A stretch of DNA of 64,000 nt, taken from an uncultured Pelagibacteraceae bacterium (GTDB taxonomy: Bacteria > Pseudomonadota > Alphaproteobacteria > Pelagibacterales > Pelagibacteraceae). Below the pieces are notes generated by a model that was not told the origin of the DNA, did no database searches, and saw only the letters and a list, made by a program, of their open reading frames with translations. The stretch spans positions 10,255 to 74,254 of the forward strand of contig CACLFK010000004.1 in NCBI GenBank assembly GCA_902606105.1, in the 5' to 3' direction. Shown here in pieces: positions 53,861 to 62,667 of this stretch; the first letter of the stretch is position 1, and the number at the start of each line of letters is the position of its first letter. The translations under genes were made by a program, and so were the position numbers.

Positions 53861-56434
53861 TTAGGCAACCATACTCTCTGCTTTTTGTAAATCAACTGCA
53901 ACTAACTGACTAATACCTTTTTCAGGCATAGTTACCCCGTACAATCTATTCATTTTAGACATGGTTAAAGCATGATGAGTTACAATGATAAATTTAGTAT
54001 TTGTTATTTTAGTCAACTCTTCAAGTAGACTGCAAAATCTTGTTACGTTTGCGTCATCTAATGGAGCGTCAACTTCATCCAGTACACAAATTGGAGATGG
54101 ATTAGTTAAAAATACCGCAAAGATCAATGATAGAGCTGTTAGGGCCTGTTCTCCTCCAGATAATAAAGTAATAGATTGCAATCTTTTTCCAGGAGGGCTA
54201 ACCAACATTTCTAATCCAGCCTCAAGAGGATCATCAGAGTCAACTAATTCTAGTTTTGCATTCCCTCCATTAAACAATTTTGTATAGACCTCATTAAACT
54301 TTCTATTAACTTTCTCGAAAGCCTCTATTAATCTTTCACGTCCTTTTTGATTAAGTTCATTTATACTATCTTTCAGTTTTACAATAGCTGTTACTAAATC
54401 TGCTCGGTCTTGCTCCATTTTCTTAATCTCGTCCTCATATTTATTAGTTTCTTCGTCTGCTTTTAAATTTACAGAACCAAACCTTTCTCTTTCTTGCTTC
54501 TTTTTATCCAACATATCTTCTTGATCAACAGCGTTCGGAAGCTCATCAATACCATTTAAATTTGAATTCTCTAATATATTTTCTTCATTAAGATTCAGTT
54601 CAGAACTTATACGGTCTAATAAATCTCCTTTTCTTTTTTGAAGACCTTCAATAGTTGCTCCAGAACTAGCTTTCCTCTCTCTGATTTGTATTGATTGTTC
54701 TTGAATTTGATTTAATTCACTTCTTAAAGACTCAATTTTTTTATCAGTTTCGTCAATAATTAGTTCGTTATCAATTTTTTCCTTATCGGAAATTCTCAAA
54801 TTTTCTGAAATTTGACCTTTCCGTTCAGCCTGGACTTGTGGTTGATTTTCTAAATCATTCAATTGAGATAACAATTTATTTTTTCTTTCAGAAAGTTCTG
54901 AAACCATTTTCTCTGAATTTGATAATAAATTTTTCCAACTTTCAATTTCAGTTTCAATTGTTTTAATTCTTTCGTTCCTTTTTATAGATTCATTTTTGAT
55001 AGATTGATTTTTACTATATGCATCAGCATATTTTTCTTGCAGTAATTTTATATTTTGTGATTTTTCACTAACACTTAATAATTCATTCCTAGATTTGTCA
55101 TCTTTTAGGTCATTTAAAAAATTATTAAGCTCCATGTTACATCTGTCTAGTAAAGTAACTGCCTGATTAATTTCATTACTATCAATTAATTCTTTAACCC
55201 TTAGGATTGAACTTTGGACATTTTTAATTGGGCCCAAGCTAATATTGATCGTCTGCTCAGCAAAGCTATTTATAACATCATCAACAGCTTTTTGTTCTTC
55301 CATTAATCTATTTTTTTCTACTTCTAGCTCTTCGTTAGAAAGCTTTTCTGTTTCAAAATATTTAGAGTCTGTCTCTATTAAATCCGATTTTTCCTCTTTT
55401 AGTCGTTTTTCATTAGAATTAGCGTCAATAATTATCCCTTTTTCTCTTGCGATATCGTCATCAAGAGTTTGAATTGATTTTTTAATAGTTTCTATTTCAT
55501 CTTGAGTTCTTGTGTTTTCTTCATCTAAACTTTGAAGCTCTAGATTAAGTCTTTGAATTCTTGACAAATTTTCTATATTTTTTTCTCTAAGTGGTGAAAC
55601 TTTATCAGTTGAAAGTTTTATTAAACTTTCCAGCTCTGATATTTTAGTATTAAATCCATCAACTTCACCTTCAGCTTCATTATTTATTTCATTTTCTATC
55701 CTGATTTCTTTGTCTATCTCAATTAATTTTAAATAATATAAACCAGCCTCAATTTTTTTTATTTCTTCAGAGATAAGTTTATATTTTGTAGCTTCCTCTG
55801 CCTGTTTTTGAAGATTTGCTAATTGCTTTTCTTGTTGTCTTCTAAGCTCATCAGCTCTTTTAAGATTATTTTCTGCAGCACCCAATCTTAATTCTGCTTC
55901 ATGTCTTCTCACATGCAGCCCAGAAATACCTGCAGCTTCCTCTAATATTGCTCTTCGATCTGTAGGTTTTGCAGTTACTAAAGCTCCAATTCTTCCTTGA
56001 CTAATCATAGATGGAGAATGTGCACCAGTAGATAGATCAGCAAAAAACATTTGAGCATCTCTAGCTCGTACTTCTTTACCGTTTATGTAAAATTTAGAAC
56101 CTTTATCTTTTTCTATTTTTCTTTTAATTTGAACTTGATCATTCTCTCGATACTGAATTGGACCTTCTTTATCTTTATTTTCAACTTCTATAGTAACTTC
56201 GGCAATATTCTTTGAAGCTTTATTTGAAGTACCTGAAAAAATTACATCCTCCATTCCAGATCCACGCATACTTTTTGCAGATGTTTCACCCATTGCCCAT
56301 CTTAAAGATTCAACTATATTGGATTTTCCACATCCGTTAGGTCCAACAATCCCAGTTAAGCCGTCTTCTATTAAAAAGTCAGCTTTTTCTGCAAAAGATT
56401 TAAATCCATTTAACTGGATTTTTTTAAACTCCAT
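53861..56434 (-). CDS. smc: Chromosome segregation protein SMC, short (857 aa), hinge not recognisable
   Basis: GFKSF, GPNGCGKSN, ISQG, EEAAGI, LLSGGE, LDEVDAPLD, VTH; smc-dsbA-dciA-mutY context. Confidence 0.93.
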   Translation of the reverse strand: MEFKKIQLNGFKSFAEKADFLIEDGLTGIVGPNGCGKSNIVESLRWAMGETSAKSMRGSGMEDVIFSGTSNKASKNIAEVTIEVENKDKEGPIQYRENDQVQIKRKIEKDKGSKFYINGKEVRARDAQMFFADLSTGAHSPSMISQGRIGALVTAKPTDRRAILEEAAGISGLHVRRHEAELRLGAAENNLKRADELRRQQEKQLANLQKQAEEATKYKLISEEIKKIEAGLYYLKLIEIDKEIRIENEINNEAEGEVDGFNTKISELESLIKLSTDKVSPLREKNIENLSRIQRLNLELQSLDEENTRTQDEIETIKKSIQTLDDDIAREKGIIIDANSNEKRLKEEKSDLIETDSKYFETEKLSNEELEVEKNRLMEEQKAVDDVINSFAEQTINISLGPIKNVQSSILRVKELIDSNEINQAVTLLDRCNMELNNFLNDLKDDKSRNELLSVSEKSQNIKLLQEKYADAYSKNQSIKNESIKRNERIKTIETEIESWKNLLSNSEKMVSELSERKNKLLSQLNDLENQPQVQAERKGQISENLRISDKEKIDNELIIDETDKKIESLRSELNQIQEQSIQIRERKASSGATIEGLQKRKGDLLDRISSELNLNEENILENSNLNGIDELPNAVDQEDMLDKKKQERERFGSVNLKADEETNKYEDEIKKMEQDRADLVTAIVKLKDSINELNQKGRERLIEAFEKVNRKFNEVYTKLFNGGNAKLELVDSDDPLEAGLEMLVSPPGKRLQSITLLSGGEQALTALSLIFAVFLTNPSPICVLDEVDAPLDDANVTRFCSLLEELTKITNTKFIIVTHHALTMSKMNRLYGVTMPEKGISQLVAVDLQKAESMVA

Positions 56435-56442
56435 GCATAAAC

Positions 56443-57021
56443 TTATATCATTTTTTCAAGAGCTTTTTTTAAATTTTTATAATTAAGGGTTTTTTCAAAC
56501 TTTTCGTTGTTAATTATTATCGTAGGGGTAGCATTAACTTTGAAGTTTTTGGCTCCATCGATTCGGTCATTTAACACAAAATCCTCAATTTGTTTGTTAT
56601 TTAGGCAACTTTTAAAATCAACTTTAAAACCTTCTTTCAATAAAAATTTTTGAAGATTTAAATTTGCTTCTTCAACTGAATTCCCTCTTACCCATTGTTG
56701 TTGATTAGCATATAAACTTTCTAAAATTTCAGGGTTTCCATCGTTTTTACATTGAGAAATTTTAGAGGCATTGAAGGCGGCAATATCCAGGGGGAAATGT
56801 CTAAATTCAATCTTAGCCAGTCCTGTATCTAGATATTCTTTTTTTAATAATGGATAAACATCTTTATGAAAATTAGCACAATGGCTACAAGTTAATGACT
56901 CAAATGCTATAATAGATATTCTTGCATCTTTATTTCCAACTAGAATTCTTTTTATTTCATCTGCTTGAGAGTTTAAAGTACTAAAGAAAAAAAATATTGA
57001 AATTAGTAAAACTTTTTTCAT
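56443..57021 (-). CDS. DsbA family thioredoxin-fold protein
   Basis: Signal peptide, CSHC, RHFPL, ATPT. Confidence 0.9.
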   Translation of the reverse strand: MKKVLLISIFFFFSTLNSQADEIKRILVGNKDARISIIAFESLTCSHCANFHKDVYPLLKKEYLDTGLAKIEFRHFPLDIAAFNASKISQCKNDGNPEILESLYANQQQWVRGNSVEEANLNLQKFLLKEGFKVDFKSCLNNKQIEDFVLNDRIDGAKNFKVNATPTIIINNEKFEKTLNYKNLKKALEKMI

Positions 57022-57506
57022 TTTTTTTTAAACACCTTTGTTAATTCTAATAATGATTTTTTAATTTTTTCATTCTTAACATCAATAATTTTATCTTTAT
57101 ATCTTTTTATTGTCACATTTTTGTCATCAATCTCTATCTTAGATAAAACTTTTTGTTTATCATCAAAGCTAATAAACTTAAGCTTCTCAACAACTGAATA
57201 ACCAAAATAAGCATTCATCTTATTTAAGATATCTTTTTTTGAATACTCCATGTCAACTTCGTGACCTCTTTTGACCATTATCACTAATGTGCTTACACCA
57301 AATTTGTTTGCACTTTTAAATGTTTTTGGATAACAACATTTGAATAATTCTATACCTACAATGTATTTCCAATTACTCAGTGTTTCTGAATAAATGTGAC
57401 CTTTTTTATTAATAATTCTTTTTACATTTTTTGGCAAAGTGTCTTTAAAAGATCTTAGGCCTTGAATGGAAACATTTCTCTGCTTAGTATTATTTTTAAA
57501 TTGCAT
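57018..57506 (-). CDS. DUF721/DciA family protein
   Basis: W..IVG..L...C.P, N.YFGY..V pattern; divergent from mutY as usual in alphaproteobacteria; start moved to ATG 57506. Confidence 0.8.
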   Translation of the reverse strand: MQFKNNTKQRNVSIQGLRSFKDTLPKNVKRIINKKGHIYSETLSNWKYIVGIELFKCCYPKTFKSANKFGVSTLVIMVKRGHEVDMEYSKKDILNKMNAYFGYSVVEKLKFISFDDKQKVLSKIEIDDKNVTIKRYKDKIIDVKNEKIKKSLLELTKVFKKK

Positions 57507-58490
57507 ATGAAAGAACAAATAATAACAAATAAAATTCTTAATTGGTATGACATTAATAAGCGAGTTTTACCCTGGAGAAAAAATATCTCTCAAAAAAAAA
57601 AGCAATATTACACATTAGTTAGTGAATTTATGTTACAGCAAACTCAAGTTGTCACAGTTATCCCTTATTTTAATAGATTTATAAAAAATATTCCTGACTT
57701 AGAGACTTTAGCAAATTTTGAAAATCAAAAACTAATTAAGCTTTGGGAGGGGCTTGGATATTATTCTAGGGCAAGAAATCTAAAAAGAACTGCACAATTA
57801 GTTGTTAAAAAATTTAATAAAAAACTTCCAAGTAACTATTTAGAATTAAAATCTCTTCCAGGTATTGGTGATTACACTGCGAGTGCAATATCAGCTATAG
57901 CTTTCAACAAACCTATTATACCTTTAGATGGAAATATTGAAAGAGTTCTTAAAAGATATTTATATTTAAAAAAAGAAAATGAAATTAATAAAGAGAACTT
58001 AATAGAAAAAAAAAAAATCTTTGGATATTCCAACAGGGCAAGCGATTATGCTCAGTCCTTAATGGAACTAGGAGCTTTAATTTGTAAACCAAATAATCCT
58101 CATTGTAAACAATGTCCAATTTCAAATAAGTGCATTGCCTTCAAAAAAAAAGATTTCTTACTTGCTAAAATTAAAAAGAAGAATAATGATAAATATTATT
58201 TATTAAATGTTTATAAAGATAAAAGTAAATATCTATTGATTAAAAATACTAAATTTAATTTTTTGAAAAATTTTAGTATTTTTCCCATGCAAGAATTGTC
58301 AAAGCCCATAAGCTCAACTGATATAATTAACTTTAAGATGTCTAATATGAATATGAATATAAAAATTGAGTATAAGAATAAAGTAGGTTCATTACCAACT
58401 TCCCACTGGATTGATCCCAAGAAGTTAAAAAACTACACATTGCCCACTTTTACAAAAAAAATTGTTAAATACTTAGAAAATAATAAATGA
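57507..58490 (+). CDS. mutY: A/G-specific adenine glycosylase
   Basis: LPWR, SEFMLQQT, GLGYYSRARNL, LPGIGDYTA, LDGN, C-X6-C-X2-C-X5-C; start moved to ATG 57507. Confidence 0.93.
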   Translation: MKEQIITNKILNWYDINKRVLPWRKNISQKKKQYYTLVSEFMLQQTQVVTVIPYFNRFIKNIPDLETLANFENQKLIKLWEGLGYYSRARNLKRTAQLVVKKFNKKLPSNYLELKSLPGIGDYTASAISAIAFNKPIIPLDGNIERVLKRYLYLKKENEINKENLIEKKKIFGYSNRASDYAQSLMELGALICKPNNPHCKQCPISNKCIAFKKKDFLLAKIKKKNNDKYYLLNVYKDKSKYLLIKNTKFNFLKNFSIFPMQELSKPISSTDIINFKMSNMNMNIKIEYKNKVGSLPTSHWIDPKKLKNYTLPTFTKKIVKYLENNK

Positions 58491-59638
58491 AAAAAATTGG
58501 AATTATAGGAGCAGGAATTTCAGGTTTATTTATTGCCAATCTATTTAAAGAAAATCACAATTATCAAGTTACAATATTTGAAAAAAAGCACTCAATAGAG
58601 TTAGATGAGGGGTATGGTATACAACTTTCAACTAATAGCATTAAGCTTTTAAACAAAATTGGATTTAACGAACTAGAAAAGAAGGAAAAGTTTAATCCTG
58701 AAAAAATTGATTTTTATGAGATTGAAAATCAAAAAAAAATTTCTGATTTAAATATTTCTGAATACAATTCTGAAGATTGTAAATATACAACAATGAAAAG
58801 ATCTATACTAGTTCAATTTTTAAAAAATCGATTGGATGAAGTGGTTATAAAATATGAACATAGCATCGAAAAAATTGAAAAAAAAAATAATCAAATAAAT
58901 TTAGCTTTTAAAAATAATCAAAATTTTATTTGTGACTATCTAATTATTTCTGACGGTATTTTTTCTAAAGGAAAATCTTTGATTTCTAAGAATAAAATTC
59001 AACCAACTTATAATAATTGTATTGCAATTAGAGGTAAAATCTCACGGGCTAACTTAATTAATTTAAATGAAATGAACATTTCTTTATTTGTAGGTCCTGA
59101 TTTTCATTATGTTATTTACCCAATTGATATCATTAGTGGAGAATTGAATTTTATTGGTGTTTTAAAGCACCAATTAACTACAAATGAGCTTCAAAACTAC
59201 AGACTTTTTGAGGAAAAAGCTTTTATCGAAGGAATTAAAAGCAGATTACAAAATAAAATTTCCTTTTCAATTCTAAGCAACCTGAATAATATCAAGTGTT
59301 TTCCAGTTTTTGTTAGTAAAAATTTTCATAAATCAGTTGAAAATATTTATCTTGTAGGAGACGCCTTTTTTGCTTTTCCACCCTCTTTTGCACAAGGAGC
59401 ATCACAATCTATTGAAGGTGCATCAGAATTGTTTGAAAGCATCATACATAGTAAAACTGATTATTATAGTAGTAGGGTTTCGAGAGTAAAAATGATCAAT
59501 AATAGATCAAAATTAAATCAATTTGCTTTTCATGCATCAAATCCAATAGTAGTTTTCTTTAGAAATATTGGATTAAAAATATTAACTAAGAACAAAAAAT
59601 TCTTAGAAAATTATTTAGGTAAAATTTATAAAAGTTAA
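58487..59638 (+). CDS. FAD-dependent monooxygenase (salicylate hydroxylase/UbiH-like)
   Basis: IIGAGISG, GYGIQL, SDGIFS, VGDA..FPP..AQGA. Confidence 0.88.
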   Translation: MKKIGIIGAGISGLFIANLFKENHNYQVTIFEKKHSIELDEGYGIQLSTNSIKLLNKIGFNELEKKEKFNPEKIDFYEIENQKKISDLNISEYNSEDCKYTTMKRSILVQFLKNRLDEVVIKYEHSIEKIEKKNNQINLAFKNNQNFICDYLIISDGIFSKGKSLISKNKIQPTYNNCIAIRGKISRANLINLNEMNISLFVGPDFHYVIYPIDIISGELNFIGVLKHQLTTNELQNYRLFEEKAFIEGIKSRLQNKISFSILSNLNNIKCFPVFVSKNFHKSVENIYLVGDAFFAFPPSFAQGASQSIEGASELFESIIHSKTDYYSSRVSRVKMINNRSKLNQFAFHASNPIVVFFRNIGLKILTKNKKFLENYLGKIYKS

Positions 59639-60657
59639 CTTTTTGAAAATGCATATTTCATTATAAATGGCATACAAAACATAATAGTAAAAAGCCTTAC
59701 AACATGGTGTGCTAAAACGAAATCTGGCTCATAATTAAATGCAAGTGCCATTCCAGTCATTTCATATATACCTCCAGGACAATAAGAAATAATTAATGCA
59801 AGAAAATCTAAATCAAAAATTAAATGAGACAAGTAAGCAAATATTATCATTATAAGAAAAATTAAAATAATACCAATTACACTAAATTTTAAATTTAAAA
59901 AAAAATCTCCGACTTTATAGTTTTGAAATCTTGAGCCAATAAAGCTACCAATAACAAGTAAACATATGTTGAGTCCGATATCAGGAAATACTATCTCAGT
60001 AAAACCAGAAACATATAAAGCACCACATCCAATTACAGGTCCTAAAAAATATGGAGAGGGAGATTTAATCTTTTTCATTATTAAAACAGAAATTAATGAT
60101 ACTACTAATATTAATATAAACTGACTTAAATCAAAGTAGATTTCTTTTTTATAAATATAGTTGTTATCACCAAGATAATATTGAATAGAAAATGGAAGAA
60201 TAGTTACAATAAAAAACATTCTTGAAAGATGAGTTATAAAATGTTTTCTTACATCAATTTTGCCTAGATCTTCTGATATTAAGAAGACAGCAGTTGCACC
60301 ACCTGGAGTCGAAGAGGAAATGGAAGTTGGCAAATCGAAATTGCAAAATTTTCTATAAAATAATGACAGTAAAAAAATGCTAACAAAGATCATCAAAAAT
60401 TGCATTATAAAGCTTCCACTCCATTTTATTACATCATTAATAATACTTGGTGAAAGCTTTGAGGCTAAGTAAATAGCAATAACAACTCTTGTTGTTGTCC
60501 AAACTATTTCTGGAATTTTAAAAGTAAAGCCTGAAAAACTAAGTATCATTACTGAAATTACTGGCCCTAAAAAAAATGGTAATGGAAAGTTTAAATAATA
60601 AGCTACAGCTGCACCACTTATTGCAACTAAAAGTAAAATAGATAAATTTTTCAACAT
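59635..60657 (-). CDS. AbrB family membrane protein (AidB-regulator/putative ammonia monooxygenase family)
   Basis: Duplicated PLPFFLGP/PSPYFLGP and TPGG/CPGG..EM, HHVVR; multi-TM. Confidence 0.88.
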   Translation of the reverse strand: MLKNLSILLLVAISGAAVAYYLNFPLPFFLGPVISVMILSFSGFTFKIPEIVWTTTRVVIAIYLASKLSPSIINDVIKWSGSFIMQFLMIFVSIFLLSLFYRKFCNFDLPTSISSSTPGGATAVFLISEDLGKIDVRKHFITHLSRMFFIVTILPFSIQYYLGDNNYIYKKEIYFDLSQFILILVVSLISVLIMKKIKSPSPYFLGPVIGCGALYVSGFTEIVFPDIGLNICLLVIGSFIGSRFQNYKVGDFFLNLKFSVIGIILIFLIMIIFAYLSHLIFDLDFLALIISYCPGGIYEMTGMALAFNYEPDFVLAHHVVRLFTIMFCMPFIMKYAFSKS

Positions 60658-60670
60658 CAACTTTGAAAAC

Positions 60671-61795
60671 TTAACTATATTTTTTTACAAGATCCCAGTC
60701 CAACTTAACGCCAAGCCCGATTTCATTAGGAACATCTATATAACCATCAGTAATTTTTGGTTTATTAATCCAAATTTTTTCATGAAAAGGATCTCTATTT
60801 GGATCAGCAAAAATTTCAACATAGGTACCTTTAACTTCCGAACCTAGAAGATGACGTGCTATTGAGGCCTCTTCATGATGTGCCATTTCAATATTATGTT
60901 CATTACAAATTTTAGCTGCTCTTTTCCATTCTGTTATTCCCCCAGCATGAAAACTATCTAGATTACATACATCAATTGCATTTTTTTCTACCATTCTTCT
61001 TATTCCATAATGATTAATTTCACTTTGCCCAGCAGCTATTTTGATTTTTGTTTTTTTTTTTAATTCTGACATAAAGTAAATATCATCCCACCAATGACAT
61101 GGCTCCTCTAACCATCTGATGTTAATATCTTTTGCCATTTCACAAAACTGAAAGGCCTCCTCAACACTATAGCCACAGTTTACATCAACCATTAAATCAA
61201 AATCACTACTCACTGCTTTTTTTGCTGCCAGAACTCTTTTAAAATCTGCTTCAGGTTCCAATTTACCAATCTTAAATTTGCATGCTTTGAAACCAAGATC
61301 TTGATACATCTTCATTTCATCGTGAATTCCATTTTCGTCTTTACCATCTATATAGTAGCCACCTATTGTAGAAACTTTTAGTTTTTCTTTTTTTTTTCCA
61401 AGCAAATCAACCACAGATTTTTTTTTTGATTTTCCTATAATATCCCAGATTGCAAAATCTATACATGCGATTGCTCTTATTAACGTGTTCTTTAAAATTG
61501 GTCTATTATCCGTAGCAGCATTTTTAACATGCTTCATAAATAATAAATTCCAAATAGTCTCTAATTCGTTAGGATCAGCCCCAATGATATCAGGACCAAA
61601 AATTTCATTAATGCTCTTTACTATAATATCACTTTTATGTCTGTCATCTCCTGCAAAAATCTCGCTAATAATACCATCATTGGTATAAATTTTTGTTATT
61701 ATTGCAGTCCTTCTATCAACATTGTATGTCCCACCACCAAAACTTTTATCAAGAGGTACATCTACTTTAATTGCCTCGACTTTATCAATTTTCAT
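60671..61795 (-). CDS. Mandelate racemase/muconate lactonizing enzyme family enolase, probable acid-sugar dehydratase
   Basis: DFAIWDI.GK, KFKIG, MVDVN, WLEEP, AAGQSE, GGITEW, MAHH; start moved to ATG 61795, overlapping the permease TAA. Confidence 0.9.
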   Translation of the reverse strand: MKIDKVEAIKVDVPLDKSFGGGTYNVDRRTAIITKIYTNDGIISEIFAGDDRHKSDIIVKSINEIFGPDIIGADPNELETIWNLLFMKHVKNAATDNRPILKNTLIRAIACIDFAIWDIIGKSKKKSVVDLLGKKKEKLKVSTIGGYYIDGKDENGIHDEMKMYQDLGFKACKFKIGKLEPEADFKRVLAAKKAVSSDFDLMVDVNCGYSVEEAFQFCEMAKDINIRWLEEPCHWWDDIYFMSELKKKTKIKIAAGQSEINHYGIRRMVEKNAIDVCNLDSFHAGGITEWKRAAKICNEHNIEMAHHEEASIARHLLGSEVKGTYVEIFADPNRDPFHEKIWINKPKITDGYIDVPNEIGLGVKLDWDLVKKYS

Positions 61796-62667
61796 TACCC
61801 CCCTTTTACACCACCAGAGGCCATTCCAGATATAAGTTTTTTTTGTATAATCATAAAAAATACAAGTGTTGGAATAATGATTATTACTGATGCAGCAATC
61901 ATCGCACCCCAATCATGTATTGTATCTTGACCCATCCACCTAACTAGGGCCAAAGGTAATACTGATTTGCTGTCAGAAGAAATGAAAACCAAGGCAAATA
62001 TAAATTCATTCCATGTGTGGTTAAAGCTAAAAATTCCTACTGAAACTAAACCAGGTAGTGCCAATGGCAAAGTTACTTTTCTAAAAGCCTGAAGTCGAGT
62101 ATTTCCATCTATCATTGCACTTTCTTCTAGTGCAACTGGTATTGCAGCAAAATATGATTTCATAAACCAAAGAGTTAATGGCAAGGTAAAACAAATGTTA
62201 GCAAGAACTAAAGATGTTAAAGTATCCGCTAGACCAAAGTTAGCAACATAAACATAAAGAGGAATTACAATTAATACTTCAGGCAACATATAGCTCAAAA
62301 GACTTAGTTGACCAAATATTTGTATAGGTCTGAAGTTAAATCTACTTAATGCATATGCTCCAACTGATCCAAGTATAATTGATAAAAGCGTAGCAATAAC
62401 TGCAAGTAGTACACTATTTCTAAAATACGTCATAAAATCTTGTTGCCTAAAAAGCTCTCTATAATTATCTAATGTCCACTCTCCAGGAAAAAGTGTAGGA
62501 GGAACTTGAACTAGTTCAGATCCTGGTTTGAATGAGCTAACAAAGATGTAAAGCATTGGAAAACAGACGACACAAATTGATACAAAAACTGCAGAGTATA
62601 ACATTAGCCTTCTTCCAAATCTTTTTATGTCGAAAATTTCCTCATTTTTAGGCACTGCAACTCTCAT
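61795..62667 (-). CDS. Carbohydrate ABC transporter permease (MalG type)
   Basis: YALSRF, EESAMIDG EAA motif, PLALPG, WNEF. Confidence 0.93.
   Translation of the reverse strand: MRVAVPKNEEIFDIKRFGRRLMLYSAVFVSICVVCFPMLYIFVSSFKPGSELVQVPPTLFPGEWTLDNYRELFRQQDFMTYFRNSVLLAVIATLLSIILGSVGAYALSRFNFRPIQIFGQLSLLSYMLPEVLIVIPLYVYVANFGLADTLTSLVLANICFTLPLTLWFMKSYFAAIPVALEESAMIDGNTRLQAFRKVTLPLALPGLVSVGIFSFNHTWNEFIFALVFISSDSKSVLPLALVRWMGQDTIHDWGAMIAASVIIIIPTLVFFMIIQKKLISGMASGGVKGG

Noticed and set aside
55135-55150. Rad50-type zinc hook at the SMC apex
   Set aside because: Only one Cys (LDRCN); no CXXC
61796-61912. Cys-rich N-terminal extension (MGCDDCC...) of the enolase ORF
   Set aside because: Overlaps the upstream permease in another frame; the real start is ATG 61795, coupled to the permease stop
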